This document shows, piece after piece, positions 8,614 through 16,129 of a DNA stretch of 16,129 nucleotides. The stretch lies in contig JAZKFH010000080.1 of the NCBI GenBank assembly GCA_040386535.1, positions 1 through 16,129 on the forward strand, written 5' to 3'. The notes below the pieces were generated by a model, which ran no database searches, was not told where the DNA came from, and saw only the letters and a list, made by a program, of their open reading frames with translations. The stretch is from Myxococcota bacterium (GTDB taxonomy: Bacteria > Myxococcota_A > UBA796 > SXON01). Made by a program: the position numbers and the translations under genes. The first letter of the stretch is position 1. Each line of letters begins with the position of its first letter.

Positions 8614-9054
8614 TCAAGACTTCCCCAGGAACGGAAGGAGTTTCGAAATGAGCGCGTTTAGAAGGGCGCTCTCGGTGGGCTTCTTGAGGACCAGTAACGA
8701 CCACCGACCGTCCGGCTTGCGCTCGATGCGAACGTGGGTCTGGAGGACCAGCAACGCCGCGGTGATGACGGCGCCCGTCTCGATGAACGTGAATTGCTCC
8801 GGAGGCGGGCCGTCGAGCAGTGCACGAATTTGGGGCCCGGAATCGGGATCCTGGAGCAGGAGCTCAGTGGCAGCCCGCGCGACGTCGGCCTCGCCGCCCG
8901 GTGCGTCCCCACCGTCCCTGACGCCGAACTCGGCCGCGAGAGCCGCGGCGAGGCCGCCTGTTACGCCGAGCGGCAGCTCGGGGCCCCGCGGCTGGGCCGC
9001 CGCAAACGCTACAAGAACGCGCGTTACGCGGGAATCATCAGGGGTCGTAGGCAT
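8614..9054 (-). CDS. Small (146 aa) hypothetical protein associated with the CHAT gene; hydrophobic segment followed by a beta-hairpin-like segment and an amphipathic C-terminal helix
   Basis: MPTTPDDSRV...FTFIETGAVITAALLVLQTHVRIERKPDGRWSLLVLKKPTESALLNALISKLLPFLGKS*. AAGGAG lies upstream of ATG 9054. Starts 42 nt after the CHAT-TPR stop. Confidence 0.75.
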   Translation of the reverse strand: MPTTPDDSRVTRVLVAFAAAQPRGPELPLGVTGGLAAALAAEFGVRDGGDAPGGEADVARAATELLLQDPDSGPQIRALLDGPPPEQFTFIETGAVITAALLVLQTHVRIERKPDGRWSLLVLKKPTESALLNALISKLLPFLGKS

Positions 9055-9095
9055 GGGAAGTGGGATCTCCTTTCGTTGGGGTGGACCGGATGCAC

Positions 9096-12000
9096 CTATC
9101 GCGCATCCGAGGGCAGCTCCGGTAGACCAGCCAGGCGCCATTTCTCGCGGAGCGCGGACCTGACGTCCTCGGAGGCTTGCGCGCAGAGCAGAAGGAATTT
9201 CCTCGTTGCAAAGTGCGCCGTGTGGGGGTCCTGCTGCCGCAAGAGGCCTAGAACGCTGCGGATGAACCATGTTGCGGCAGCGTCGAAGTCGCGCCGCTCC
9301 TGGGCAACAGTGCCGAGGTGGTAGTACGAGCTGGCGGCGCCGTGCTCGTTGCCGTGCTTCTCCCTGATGGCGAGGGACTTGTGGTGCCAGCGCTCGGCGG
9401 CGTCGAGGTCGCGCCGCTCTTGTGCGACGATGCCGAGCTGGAGGTACGAGTTGGCCGCGCCGTGCTCGTCGCCCTGCTTCTCCTTGATGGCGAGGGACTT
9501 GAGATACCAGCGATCGGCGGTGTCGAAGTCGCGCCGCCCCTGGGCCACGATGCCGAGCTGGTGGTAGGAGGTGGCCGCGCCGTGCTCGTTGCCCTGCTTC
9601 TCCTTGATGGCGAGGGACTTGAGGTGCCAGCTTTCGGCGGCGTCCAAGTGGCCCCGCTCGTGCGCCACGATGCCGAGGTGGAGGTACGAGCTGGCGGCGC
9701 CGTGCTCGTTGCCGTGCTTCTCCTTGATGGCGAGGGATTTGTGGTACCAGCGTTCGGCGGCGTCGAAGTGGCGCCGCTCCTGCGCCACGATGCCGAGGTG
9801 GTGGTAGGAGGCGGCCGCGCCTTGCTCGTCGCCCTGCTTCTCCTTGATGGCGAGGGACTTGAGGTACCAGCGTTCGGCGGCGTCGAAGTCGCGCCGCTCC
9901 TGGGCCAACATGCCGAGGTGGTGGTACGAGCTGGCCGCGGCGTGCTCGTTGCCCTGCTTCTCCTTGATGGCGAGGGACTTGAGGTACCAGCGTTCGGCGG
10001 CGTCGAAGTCGCGCCGCTCCTGGGCCAACATGCCGAGGTGGTGGTACGAGCTGGCCGCGGCGTGCTCGTTGCCCTGCTTCTCCTTGATGGCGAGGGACTT
10101 GAGGTACCAGCGTTCGGCGGCGTCGACGTGGCGCCGCGCCTGGGCCACCGTGCCGAGCTGGTGGTAGGAGCTGGCCGCGCTTTGCTCGTTTCCCTGCTTC
10201 TCACAGATCTCGAGGGACTTGAGGTACCAACGTTCGGCGGCGTCGAGGTCGCGCCGCTCCTGGGCCACGATGCCGAGCTGGTGGTACGACACGGCCGCTT
10301 CGTCCTCGTTGCCCTGTTTCTCACAATGCGCGGCCAGATCCTGGTAGAGCCGCGCCGCGTCGGCGAAGGAGCGGGTATTCAGCGCGAACATGGCGAGCGC
10401 CCGCGTCAGGGCCGCGAAGGGCACCCCCATGTCCAGCCGCTCGGCGCGCGCGCGGGCGTGGTGGAAGTTCTCTTCGTGCACCGCGAAAGCGCCCTGCTGC
10501 TCGTGCAGTTGCTTGGGAGCGAAGTGGTCGGCGATCCTCGCCATGCGGTCTACGAATGCCCGCTCCCATGCCGCGGTGACCGTTTCGCCATTGGTCCGCG
10601 CGCGCAGGAAGCCGGTCAGCGCCGGGTGAAGCTCGTGGATTCCGTTGCCGCGGCGGGTGACTAAACCCGCTACGCCGAGCGTCTCCATCAGGGCGTCGAA
10701 CCGGCGGGGGCTCCCCTCGACGAGTACTCCCTTCGCCATGGCATTGAGGTCATCGACAGCGACGAACCGTTCGTGCAGCGCGAGTGGTGCGAGCAGCGGC
10801 CGGACGTCGGCCGGGAGCGTGTCCTCGACGAACCGCAGGGTGGCCATCACGTGAGCGTGGAGCGCGTCCTCCCCGGCGTCCAGCGCCGAGAGGTTCCCCT
10901 CGACCGCGACCAAGATCGCTGCCGCCGACATCGTTTCGAGGCGCGGGAGGACGGCCCGCATGAGCAGGGGGTGGCCCCCCAGCGTCTCCATCAGGTCTGC
11001 CAGATCCGAGTCCTTCGGGTTGGGGGAGCGGCCAAGGTCCTGTAGGATCTGACGGCAGAACTCCCAGCGCTCCTCCCCGTGGAGACCCGAGAGGCGGAGC
11101 CGGTAACGATTCGCGGCACCCAGCCAGTCCTCGTCGCTGCGGCTGGTGAGGATCACCTTGGTGCGGCCGCCCCGCAAGTGTCCGAGAAGGCGCTTTAGGC
11201 ATTCCAGGTCCTCTCCAGGGAGGAGCCCCGAAACGCCCGCACCTTCGATTCCTCGCGCGGACTCGAAGTTGTCCCAGACGACCACGAACGGTTCGTTCCG
11301 CAACGTGTGAGTGACCGCCGCAACCTTTTTTTCGAGCGAGGCGGCCAGAGCCTTCGCGCCAAAGATCTTCACCACGAACTGGTCCACCACGAACTCCGCG
11401 CTGTGGACCTCGTTGAACGCGATCCAGAATGCTCCCCTGCCAAGCCCCCCCGTCTCCGCCAGCCACTTGAGGAAGCCGCGGGCGAGAGTGGTCTTGCCAA
11501 CGCCGCCGAGGCCCTGGATCAGGATCCCGGCTGGCTTTCGGTGCATCGCCCGCTCCAGTTCGAGGATGGCGCTGTCCCGACCGATGAAGCCGTAGGGATT
11601 CCCGCTGTCTCGCGCCGCCTCGGGCAGGGCAGGCGTGTCGGCCATTGCCTTGCTGTGAGTCTTGGCGAACGCGAGGTCGAGCCGCTCCTGCTGATACACC
11701 ACCGGCACGAGCCAGTCCGCCAGGTCGTACGTGCCGACCGCGCAGACGCGCCCTGGCTTCTCGTACATCTTCCTGCGTCCTGCACGTGCTGCTTCGCCGA
11801 TGTCTCCCCGCTCGAGCAGCCCGCCGTAGAACGCGGGCAAGAAGTGCTTCGCTCCGCTGACGTAAAGCGCGTAGGCCATCGCCACCACGCTGCGCACGCC
11901 GCCCTTCAGCAGGGCGGCCGCCACCGACGCGAACGCGTCCTCCGCCTGCTGGTGGACCATCCCCGACCGGCAAGCGTTCAGCACAACCGCCGGCAGCCGA

Positions 12001-12845
12001 TGCTCTCGCAGCAGTGTGCCCAGCCGCTCGGAATCGACCGGGTCGGGCGTGCCCTCGTCCGTCTCGAACACCAGGCGCCCGACCGGCCCCTGCAAGGTGT
12101 CGGGGGCGGGCGCTCCCGGCGCGTGCGTGCCGTAGCCGCCGTGCCCGTCGAAGTGGAGGATGTGGAACTCCCCGGGGCGGGCGGCCAGCACCTCCTGCAA
12201 CCGCGCAAACGTCGGTGGGCGTAAGACGGTCACCTCTGCCGATACCTCCTTGCCCTGAATGGCCTCCACCAGCGGCCGCGCGATGGATCGGTAGCCGACG
12301 TCCGCCGCGTACGGTCGGGCGATCACCAGGAGGATGTTCACCCGGTCCTTCGGAAGGCCGTCGGACAGCGGCGGTGGATCGGCCAGCCGGCTCAGGCGCC
12401 GTTCGATCTGGCAGCCCAGCGCCAGGATCGAGCTCTCCGCGTCCTCCAACGCTTCCCATGGCCACGCGAGGATCCGCGGGTCGTCGCTGCGCACCTCCAG
12501 GCACAAACCGCCAAGCCCCTCATGGACGGCGTCGCGATAGAAGTCCCGGGCCCGCCCACCGCTGAACAGCGCCTGGAATGCCTGGCGTCCCCACGCACGG
12601 AGCGCTCCCCGCACCCGCTCGGCCCGCTCCGTCCGCGGCGCGAACGGGTAGTCGAGGAACTTCTCCAGATACCAGGCCAGCTCCCCCATGAGTTCGCATC
12701 CCGGGCTTCCCGCAACCTCGAAACCGCTCGGCGACGCCACCGACACCGGGTCCGCGTCGCGCCCGTCCACACCGCGGGTGACGACGAATCGCGGCACGCC
12801 CTCGGCGACGAGGTGCCGTACGATCAGCCGACGGGGCAGGCTCAT
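9096..12845 (-). CDS. CHAT (caspase-like peptidase)-STAND/NB-ARC-like ATPase-TPR protein (bacterial NLR-like), 1249 aa
   Basis: Catalytic His motif FHILHFDGHG and Cys motif VVLNACRSG. STAND motifs FIGRD, GLGGVGKTT, VVVWDNFE, ILTSR and GGHPL. C-terminal 40-aa TPR repeats. The start is placed at MSLPRR, matching the paralogous copy and lying downstream of an upstream gene stop at 12871-12873. Confidence 0.92.
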   Translation of the reverse strand: MSLPRRLIVRHLVAEGVPRFVVTRGVDGRDADPVSVASPSGFEVAGSPGCELMGELAWYLEKFLDYPFAPRTERAERVRGALRAWGRQAFQALFSGGRARDFYRDAVHEGLGGLCLEVRSDDPRILAWPWEALEDAESSILALGCQIERRLSRLADPPPLSDGLPKDRVNILLVIARPYAADVGYRSIARPLVEAIQGKEVSAEVTVLRPPTFARLQEVLAARPGEFHILHFDGHGGYGTHAPGAPAPDTLQGPVGRLVFETDEGTPDPVDSERLGTLLREHRLPAVVLNACRSGMVHQQAEDAFASVAAALLKGGVRSVVAMAYALYVSGAKHFLPAFYGGLLERGDIGEAARAGRRKMYEKPGRVCAVGTYDLADWLVPVVYQQERLDLAFAKTHSKAMADTPALPEAARDSGNPYGFIGRDSAILELERAMHRKPAGILIQGLGGVGKTTLARGFLKWLAETGGLGRGAFWIAFNEVHSAEFVVDQFVVKIFGAKALAASLEKKVAAVTHTLRNEPFVVVWDNFESARGIEGAGVSGLLPGEDLECLKRLLGHLRGGRTKVILTSRSDEDWLGAANRYRLRLSGLHGEERWEFCRQILQDLGRSPNPKDSDLADLMETLGGHPLLMRAVLPRLETMSAAAILVAVEGNLSALDAGEDALHAHVMATLRFVEDTLPADVRPLLAPLALHERFVAVDDLNAMAKGVLVEGSPRRFDALMETLGVAGLVTRRGNGIHELHPALTGFLRARTNGETVTAAWERAFVDRMARIADHFAPKQLHEQQGAFAVHEENFHHARARAERLDMGVPFAALTRALAMFALNTRSFADAARLYQDLAAHCEKQGNEDEAAVSYHQLGIVAQERRDLDAAERWYLKSLEICEKQGNEQSAASSYHQLGTVAQARRHVDAAERWYLKSLAIKEKQGNEHAAASSYHHLGMLAQERRDFDAAERWYLKSLAIKEKQGNEHAAASSYHHLGMLAQERRDFDAAERWYLKSLAIKEKQGDEQGAAASYHHLGIVAQERRHFDAAERWYHKSLAIKEKHGNEHGAASSYLHLGIVAHERGHLDAAESWHLKSLAIKEKQGNEHGAATSYHQLGIVAQGRRDFDTADRWYLKSLAIKEKQGDEHGAANSYLQLGIVAQERRDLDAAERWHHKSLAIREKHGNEHGAASSYYHLGTVAQERRDFDAAATWFIRSVLGLLRQQDPHTAHFATRKFLLLCAQASEDVRSALREKWRLAGLPELPSDAR
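9251..10320 (-). repeat. Tandem 120-bp (40-aa) TPR-coding repeats, 8 full plus 1 partial
   Basis: 120-nt periodicity is visible. 9841-9960 and 9961-10080 are identical. Confidence 0.95.
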
Positions 12846-12870
12846 GGACTCCACCGCGGACTCGATAGGG

Positions 12871-12891
12871 TCAAGACTTCTCCAAAAAGGG
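12871..12891 (-). pseudogene. 3' remnant (PFLEKS*) of a paralog of the 146-aa gene, directly upstream of the intact CHAT gene
   Basis: CCC TTT TTG GAG AAG TCT TGA matches the end of the 8614-9054 gene (PFLGKS*). The stop-to-ATG spacer is also conserved. Confidence 0.6.
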
Positions 12892-13308
12892 CTGCGATCT
12901 AGTGGAGCCATGGCAAGCGCGTCCATTCTCTCCCGAGTACCGCGCCATCGCCACCAATGGCGCGGAACGCCGCACCTGCACGCGCCGAGCGCGGCCGCCA
13001 AGCTGCCTCCGTGAATCGCGCGGGGATCGGCTCCTCGAGCCGCTGGGCCAGAGGCGGTTCGCGGGCAACCACCTTTCGCCCTTTTCAACCTGGGTGCGCC
13101 GCGAGTTGACGCAGCAGGCGGCGCGTATGCGACCGGCGTCCCCGGTTCTCGCGCACCGGGCTGCCCCCGGGTGCCGCGTGGCGAGAGGACATGGTGGTGT
13201 CTCCACCCCGCTTACGATCGCGACGGGTTGACCTGAACCTGCCTTGGACGTCTTTCTGCATCCAGCGAGTGTTTTATGGGGGGGGTTGTCGTCGTATACG
13301 CGTGACAG

Positions 13309-13344
13309 AAAAACGAGACAAATCGGCCTTTCGGCTGCCTTTTT
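13309..13344 (-). terminator. Weak or degenerate terminator-like hairpin next to junction repeat copy 2
   Basis: Minus strand AAAAAGGCAGCC-GAAA-GGCCGATTTGTCTCGTTTTT: GAAA tetraloop, bulged stem, flanked by A and T tracts. Confidence 0.3.
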
Positions 13345-13355
13345 AGTTGCCCCCG

Positions 13356-13440
13356 CTTCGTGGATGGAGTTCGAACTATCTGCTTGAGGCCGAACGCGGA
13401 AACTCGGGTGCAGATGCAGGTTCTTGAGGGAGGGGTCTGA
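13356..13440 (+). repeat. Junction repeat copy 2 (att-like; encodes start-less peptide FVDGVRTICLRPNAETRVQMQVLEGGV*)
   Basis: Ungapped match to 7701-7785, with palindrome AGTTCGAACT at 13368-13377. Confidence 0.85.
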
Positions 13441-13511
13441 ATCCCCTCGCCGCGACGGCACTCGGGGCTCGTGCTCGTTGGCGGCGCTCGGCGTCGATCA
13501 TGCCTGTGTCT

Positions 13512-14624
13512 TCAAGACTTCGCACGCGCGAGGATCGCCCGCACCGAGGCCAGCGCCTCCTCGCATACGAGCATGAGGTGTGCGTTCACCACCCTTCGGG
13601 CGAAGAGTTCCTCGGCAGCGGTCTCGTGCTTGTTCTCTGCGGTGGCGAAGACCTTCACGAACGTCGGCTCCGCGCACGCATCCTTCGCGAGCGCGTTCCG
13701 GTGCGCGGTCGCACTAGACCCGTCTTTCTGGAACTCCGTCGCCGTCGCCGTCGCCGTCTGCGTCCAGTGCCACGGCGCGATTTCGAAGAAGGCCCGGTTG
13801 ACGTCGATTCCCGCGTCCGTCAGAAACGCGAGCTCGTCTCGGTAGACGACGAGCGTCGCCCTCACGGCCGAAGGCTTCGCGCTGAGCTTGGCCTTCGTCG
13901 CTGTTACCGTGTAGTAAGTAGAATATCTTGGCTCCCCGTGCCTTCCGCCGACACCGCCATCCTCCCACGAACTGAGGTGGATCGAATGGTAGCAGTCGTA
14001 CCCCTGCCTTGCCTCCGACGCCTTGATCTTGTCGCGCATCGCGACCGCAGCGGCGTTCAGCGCGCGGTGCGTCGGGCGGAGGTCCTTTTGCAGCCACTTC
14101 TCAAAGCTCTCCGCGTACGTCTCCGCCGCCTTCTCGAGGCGGCCCTCCTTGAACGGGATGCACGAGGCCATGAGTTGGAGCTCGACGTACCAAGCCGCCG
14201 CGACGAAGGGGCTGAGCGTCGCGCTCCCGTCCGCGATTAGCGACGAGCGCGCGGTGCTGAGCTTGTCGAGGATCGACATCGCGCGCGGTGTGACCTCGCG
14301 GAGAGCGTACTCCATGCCGTGTTCGCGTTCGTCCTCGGCGCGGAGGCCGAGAACCTCCTTAGCCTCGATGAACAGCCCGCTCAGCGTCGTCTCGACCACC
14401 TTCAGCGCGGTGTCGCGCGGAAGCTGCTGCACGGCGTCCTCCAGGTCGAGGATCCCGCGATAGACGGCGTCGAGCTTGACGTTTATCACGCCGATTTGCA
14501 CGGCGATCTCCTGGAGCATCCGCGTCTGCGCCGCCAGGAGGTTGCCGATGCCATCGCCGCTTGAGCGGAACATCGAGTAGAGTTGTACGCCCGCCTGGGC
14601 GACGGCAATCGTTACGGGGTCCAT
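13512..14624 (-). CDS. Hypothetical helical protein (370 aa); N-terminus reminiscent of Vip3/Cry-type alpha-pore-forming domains
   Basis: ATG 14624 overlaps the upstream TGA (TGATG), with GGAGA upstream. MDPVTIAVAQAGVQLYSMF is followed by the heptad segment LLAAQTRMLQEIAVQIGVINVKLDAVYRGILDL. The CDS is well supported; the product call is speculative. Confidence 0.75.
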   Translation of the reverse strand: MDPVTIAVAQAGVQLYSMFRSSGDGIGNLLAAQTRMLQEIAVQIGVINVKLDAVYRGILDLEDAVQQLPRDTALKVVETTLSGLFIEAKEVLGLRAEDEREHGMEYALREVTPRAMSILDKLSTARSSLIADGSATLSPFVAAAWYVELQLMASCIPFKEGRLEKAAETYAESFEKWLQKDLRPTHRALNAAAVAMRDKIKASEARQGYDCYHSIHLSSWEDGGVGGRHGEPRYSTYYTVTATKAKLSAKPSAVRATLVVYRDELAFLTDAGIDVNRAFFEIAPWHWTQTATATATEFQKDGSSATAHRNALAKDACAEPTFVKVFATAENKHETAAEELFARRVVNAHLMLVCEEALASVRAILARAKS

Positions 14625-15649
14625 CAGGGCATCTCCGGTAGGCTGGGTGGGCTCCACCGATCCACGGAGATGGGCACCTTTAAGCGCGCCCACTCGGCGT
14701 GGAAGCGCGCATCCAGCGCACGCAGTCGCTCCAAATCTTGGGCGAAGTCACGTGCGGCGCCAGCACGCGCGTCGCGGAGGGTAGTTATGCGAGCCTCGTT
14801 CCAGCGAGTCATCGCCTCTGCGTCGTCGGGCGCCGGGCCGGACAGCTCCAGCCCGGTGCTGACCAGGCTGAGCACAGTGGAGAGCTTCTGCAGGAAGGCC
14901 GTCTCCTTGGCCTGCTGCGCGAGCTCCTTCTGCGCGACCTGGAACTGCTCGTAGGCGTGATTCAGGCGCGCCTGCGAGGCCTCGAAGCGACGCATGAGTG
15001 CCTCCATCCGCCGCCGCTCGACTGCGTTGCCGATCAGGCGCAAGCGCTTGTCGACCGCGTCGCGCCAGACCGTCGCGCGTGCGACATGCGACAAGCCGGT
15101 CGCCGCGTCGGTCGACACGGCGCGCCCGAGGACTTCGCGGCGGCGGGCCTCGAGGCGGGCCGCCGCGTCCAGGTGCTCGGTGAGCGCCTCCTCGGGGCAG
15201 GTGACAACGAACGACTCGGCGGAGCGCGTGCACCATAGATAGACGTGTTCGAGCTTGGCGGCTGGCGGGGTGGAGCCGATCGCAGGTGCGCGAAAGGACT
15301 CCGCCAGCGCGTCGAGCGGCTCGGTCCCGGGCCCGATTGCCGAGATGACCTCCGGGCTGAGCTGCGGAGTCCCAGCAGGATCAATGTAGTAATTCGCGCG
15401 GAGGAGGTAGCCCGATTTGCCCGGCTCGATGCGGCCGTCGATGAGCGGAATAATGGCGCCGAGCGCCTCGTCACGCGCAAAGTTCTGAAGAATCGTGGTA
15501 AGCACGGGGACTACGTCGCCGAGGGCGTGCGTGATGAAACGCGTTCGTGCCACCGGCGTGTCGGTTTGCCACGTGTGGAGCACGTACGACTTCGTCATCC
15601 CCGGGACCTCGTAGCCAGGGGGCTGAACTTCCGATTCAAATTGGCTCAT
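14624..15649 (-). CDS. Hypothetical protein (341 aa) with C-terminal coiled coils flanking a hydrophobic segment
   Basis: Long ORF with high GC3, coupled to the downstream gene. Contains MEALMRRFEASQARLNHAYEQFQVAQKELAQQAKE-TAFLQKLSTVLSLVSTGLELS. Confidence 0.8.
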   Translation of the reverse strand: MSQFESEVQPPGYEVPGMTKSYVLHTWQTDTPVARTRFITHALGDVVPVLTTILQNFARDEALGAIIPLIDGRIEPGKSGYLLRANYYIDPAGTPQLSPEVISAIGPGTEPLDALAESFRAPAIGSTPPAAKLEHVYLWCTRSAESFVVTCPEEALTEHLDAAARLEARRREVLGRAVSTDAATGLSHVARATVWRDAVDKRLRLIGNAVERRRMEALMRRFEASQARLNHAYEQFQVAQKELAQQAKETAFLQKLSTVLSLVSTGLELSGPAPDDAEAMTRWNEARITTLRDARAGAARDFAQDLERLRALDARFHAEWARLKVPISVDRWSPPSLPEMP

Positions 15650-15757
15650 TGGCTCAGCTCGTACGAAGCATAGGACACCTTAACGCGGTTTGATGGGGTC
15701 CCGAGCTCGGGGCTCTTGTGGAGTTCGGCGCGCTGGACGTCTTCTGGCATAGGGGGC

Positions 15758-16096
15758 ATGTTTCTTCTCGGCGCGTGGTCGTTCCGACACGGATGTCGGG
15801 ATGGGCTGACACTCTACATGATTCGCGGCGCCGAGCAACTCGTCTCGGTGAATCGTCTGTACGAGGTCGGAGTGTACTTCTACGACGCGACGGACAATGG
15901 GCACGTACGGGCCGGCTCTCACTACTCTCGGGGCGCCCCGGCGTGGTCGGACGTGCGTGGCCCCGGGTCGGGGGCGGGCACCGCGGATGATGGCCTCCGA
16001 CTAGGCATAGCGTCCGGCCCTTCGTGGCGCGTGAACGCGACGACGGAGCGGGCGAGCGACGCGCGGGTCGACTGCCCTCCGTGTCAAGGTGGTTGA
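15758..16096 (+). CDS. Possible small or fragmentary hypothetical ORF
   Basis: The first ~50 codons (MFLLGAWSF...LYEVGVYFYDATDNGHVR) look protein-like; the rest is low-complexity. The start is uncertain. Confidence 0.25.
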   Translation: MFLLGAWSFRHGCRDGLTLYMIRGAEQLVSVNRLYEVGVYFYDATDNGHVRAGSHYSRGAPAWSDVRGPGSGAGTADDGLRLGIASGPSWRVNATTERASDARVDCPPCQGG

Positions 16097-16129
16097 GACA
16101 CCGCTCCCCCCCGAGTTTACTGTGCAGGG

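Noticed and set aside
7840..8633. CHAT duplicate as a simple assembly duplication of identical sequence
   Set aside because: The copies differ by numerous substitutions, including synonymous ones, and have different flanks. A strain chimera cannot be excluded without reads.
9251..10320. 120-bp periodic repeats as a CRISPR array
   Set aside because: There are no unique spacers. The units are in-frame TPR codons inside a long ORF.
982..12504. Long alternative-frame and antisense ORFs (982..3648, 3345..5396, 4006..5130, 5767..6936, 9318..10664, 10750..12504)
   Set aside because: These are shadow ORFs typical of high-GC DNA: R/G/P/A-rich, with no motifs, and overlapping better-supported genes.
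12846..13088. 81-aa N-terminal extension of the CHAT gene given by the ORF track
   Set aside because: The paralogous copy and the upstream PFLEKS* remnant place the start at ATG 12845. The RGADPRAIHGGSLAAALG similarity to the small protein (8/18) is too weak to call in GC-rich DNA.
13196..13216. GGTGTCTCCACCCCGCTTACG as the partner inverted repeat of the 16082 motif
   Set aside because: The match is only partial, the orientation does not enclose an element with the proper ends, and there is no transposase between them.
16018..16027. CCCTTCGTGG as a third junction repeat
   Set aside because: Only ~10 nt match. The palindrome and the peptide are absent.

Overview
GC-rich bacterial accessory region. 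The left half (+ strand) is the replication/regulation module of an integrative, satellite-like element. It contains a mirror-symmetric array of twelve GGCAGACCT 9-mers (171-473, ori-like), a 756-aa unknown protein, a small frameshifted ORF, a Bro-N antirepressor-like gene, a 973-aa primase-polymerase/P-loop helicase fusion and a double-HTH excisionase-like gene. No intact integrase is present in the window. The right half is minus-strand cargo, split into two modules by two copies of an 85-bp direct repeat (7701-7785, 13356-13440). The repeat has a palindromic core and appears to be conserved as a start-less peptide (FVDGVRTIC...VQMQVLEGGV*), consistent with a recombination junction that donates a protein C-terminus. 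Module 1 holds an intact CHAT (caspase-like)-STAND ATPase-TPR gene with near-identical 120-bp repeats, a 146-aa partner gene and a truncated, diverged second CHAT copy. Module 2 is a translationally coupled two-gene operon with alpha-pore-forming-toxin-like features. Family calls come from motifs read by eye; no searches were run.
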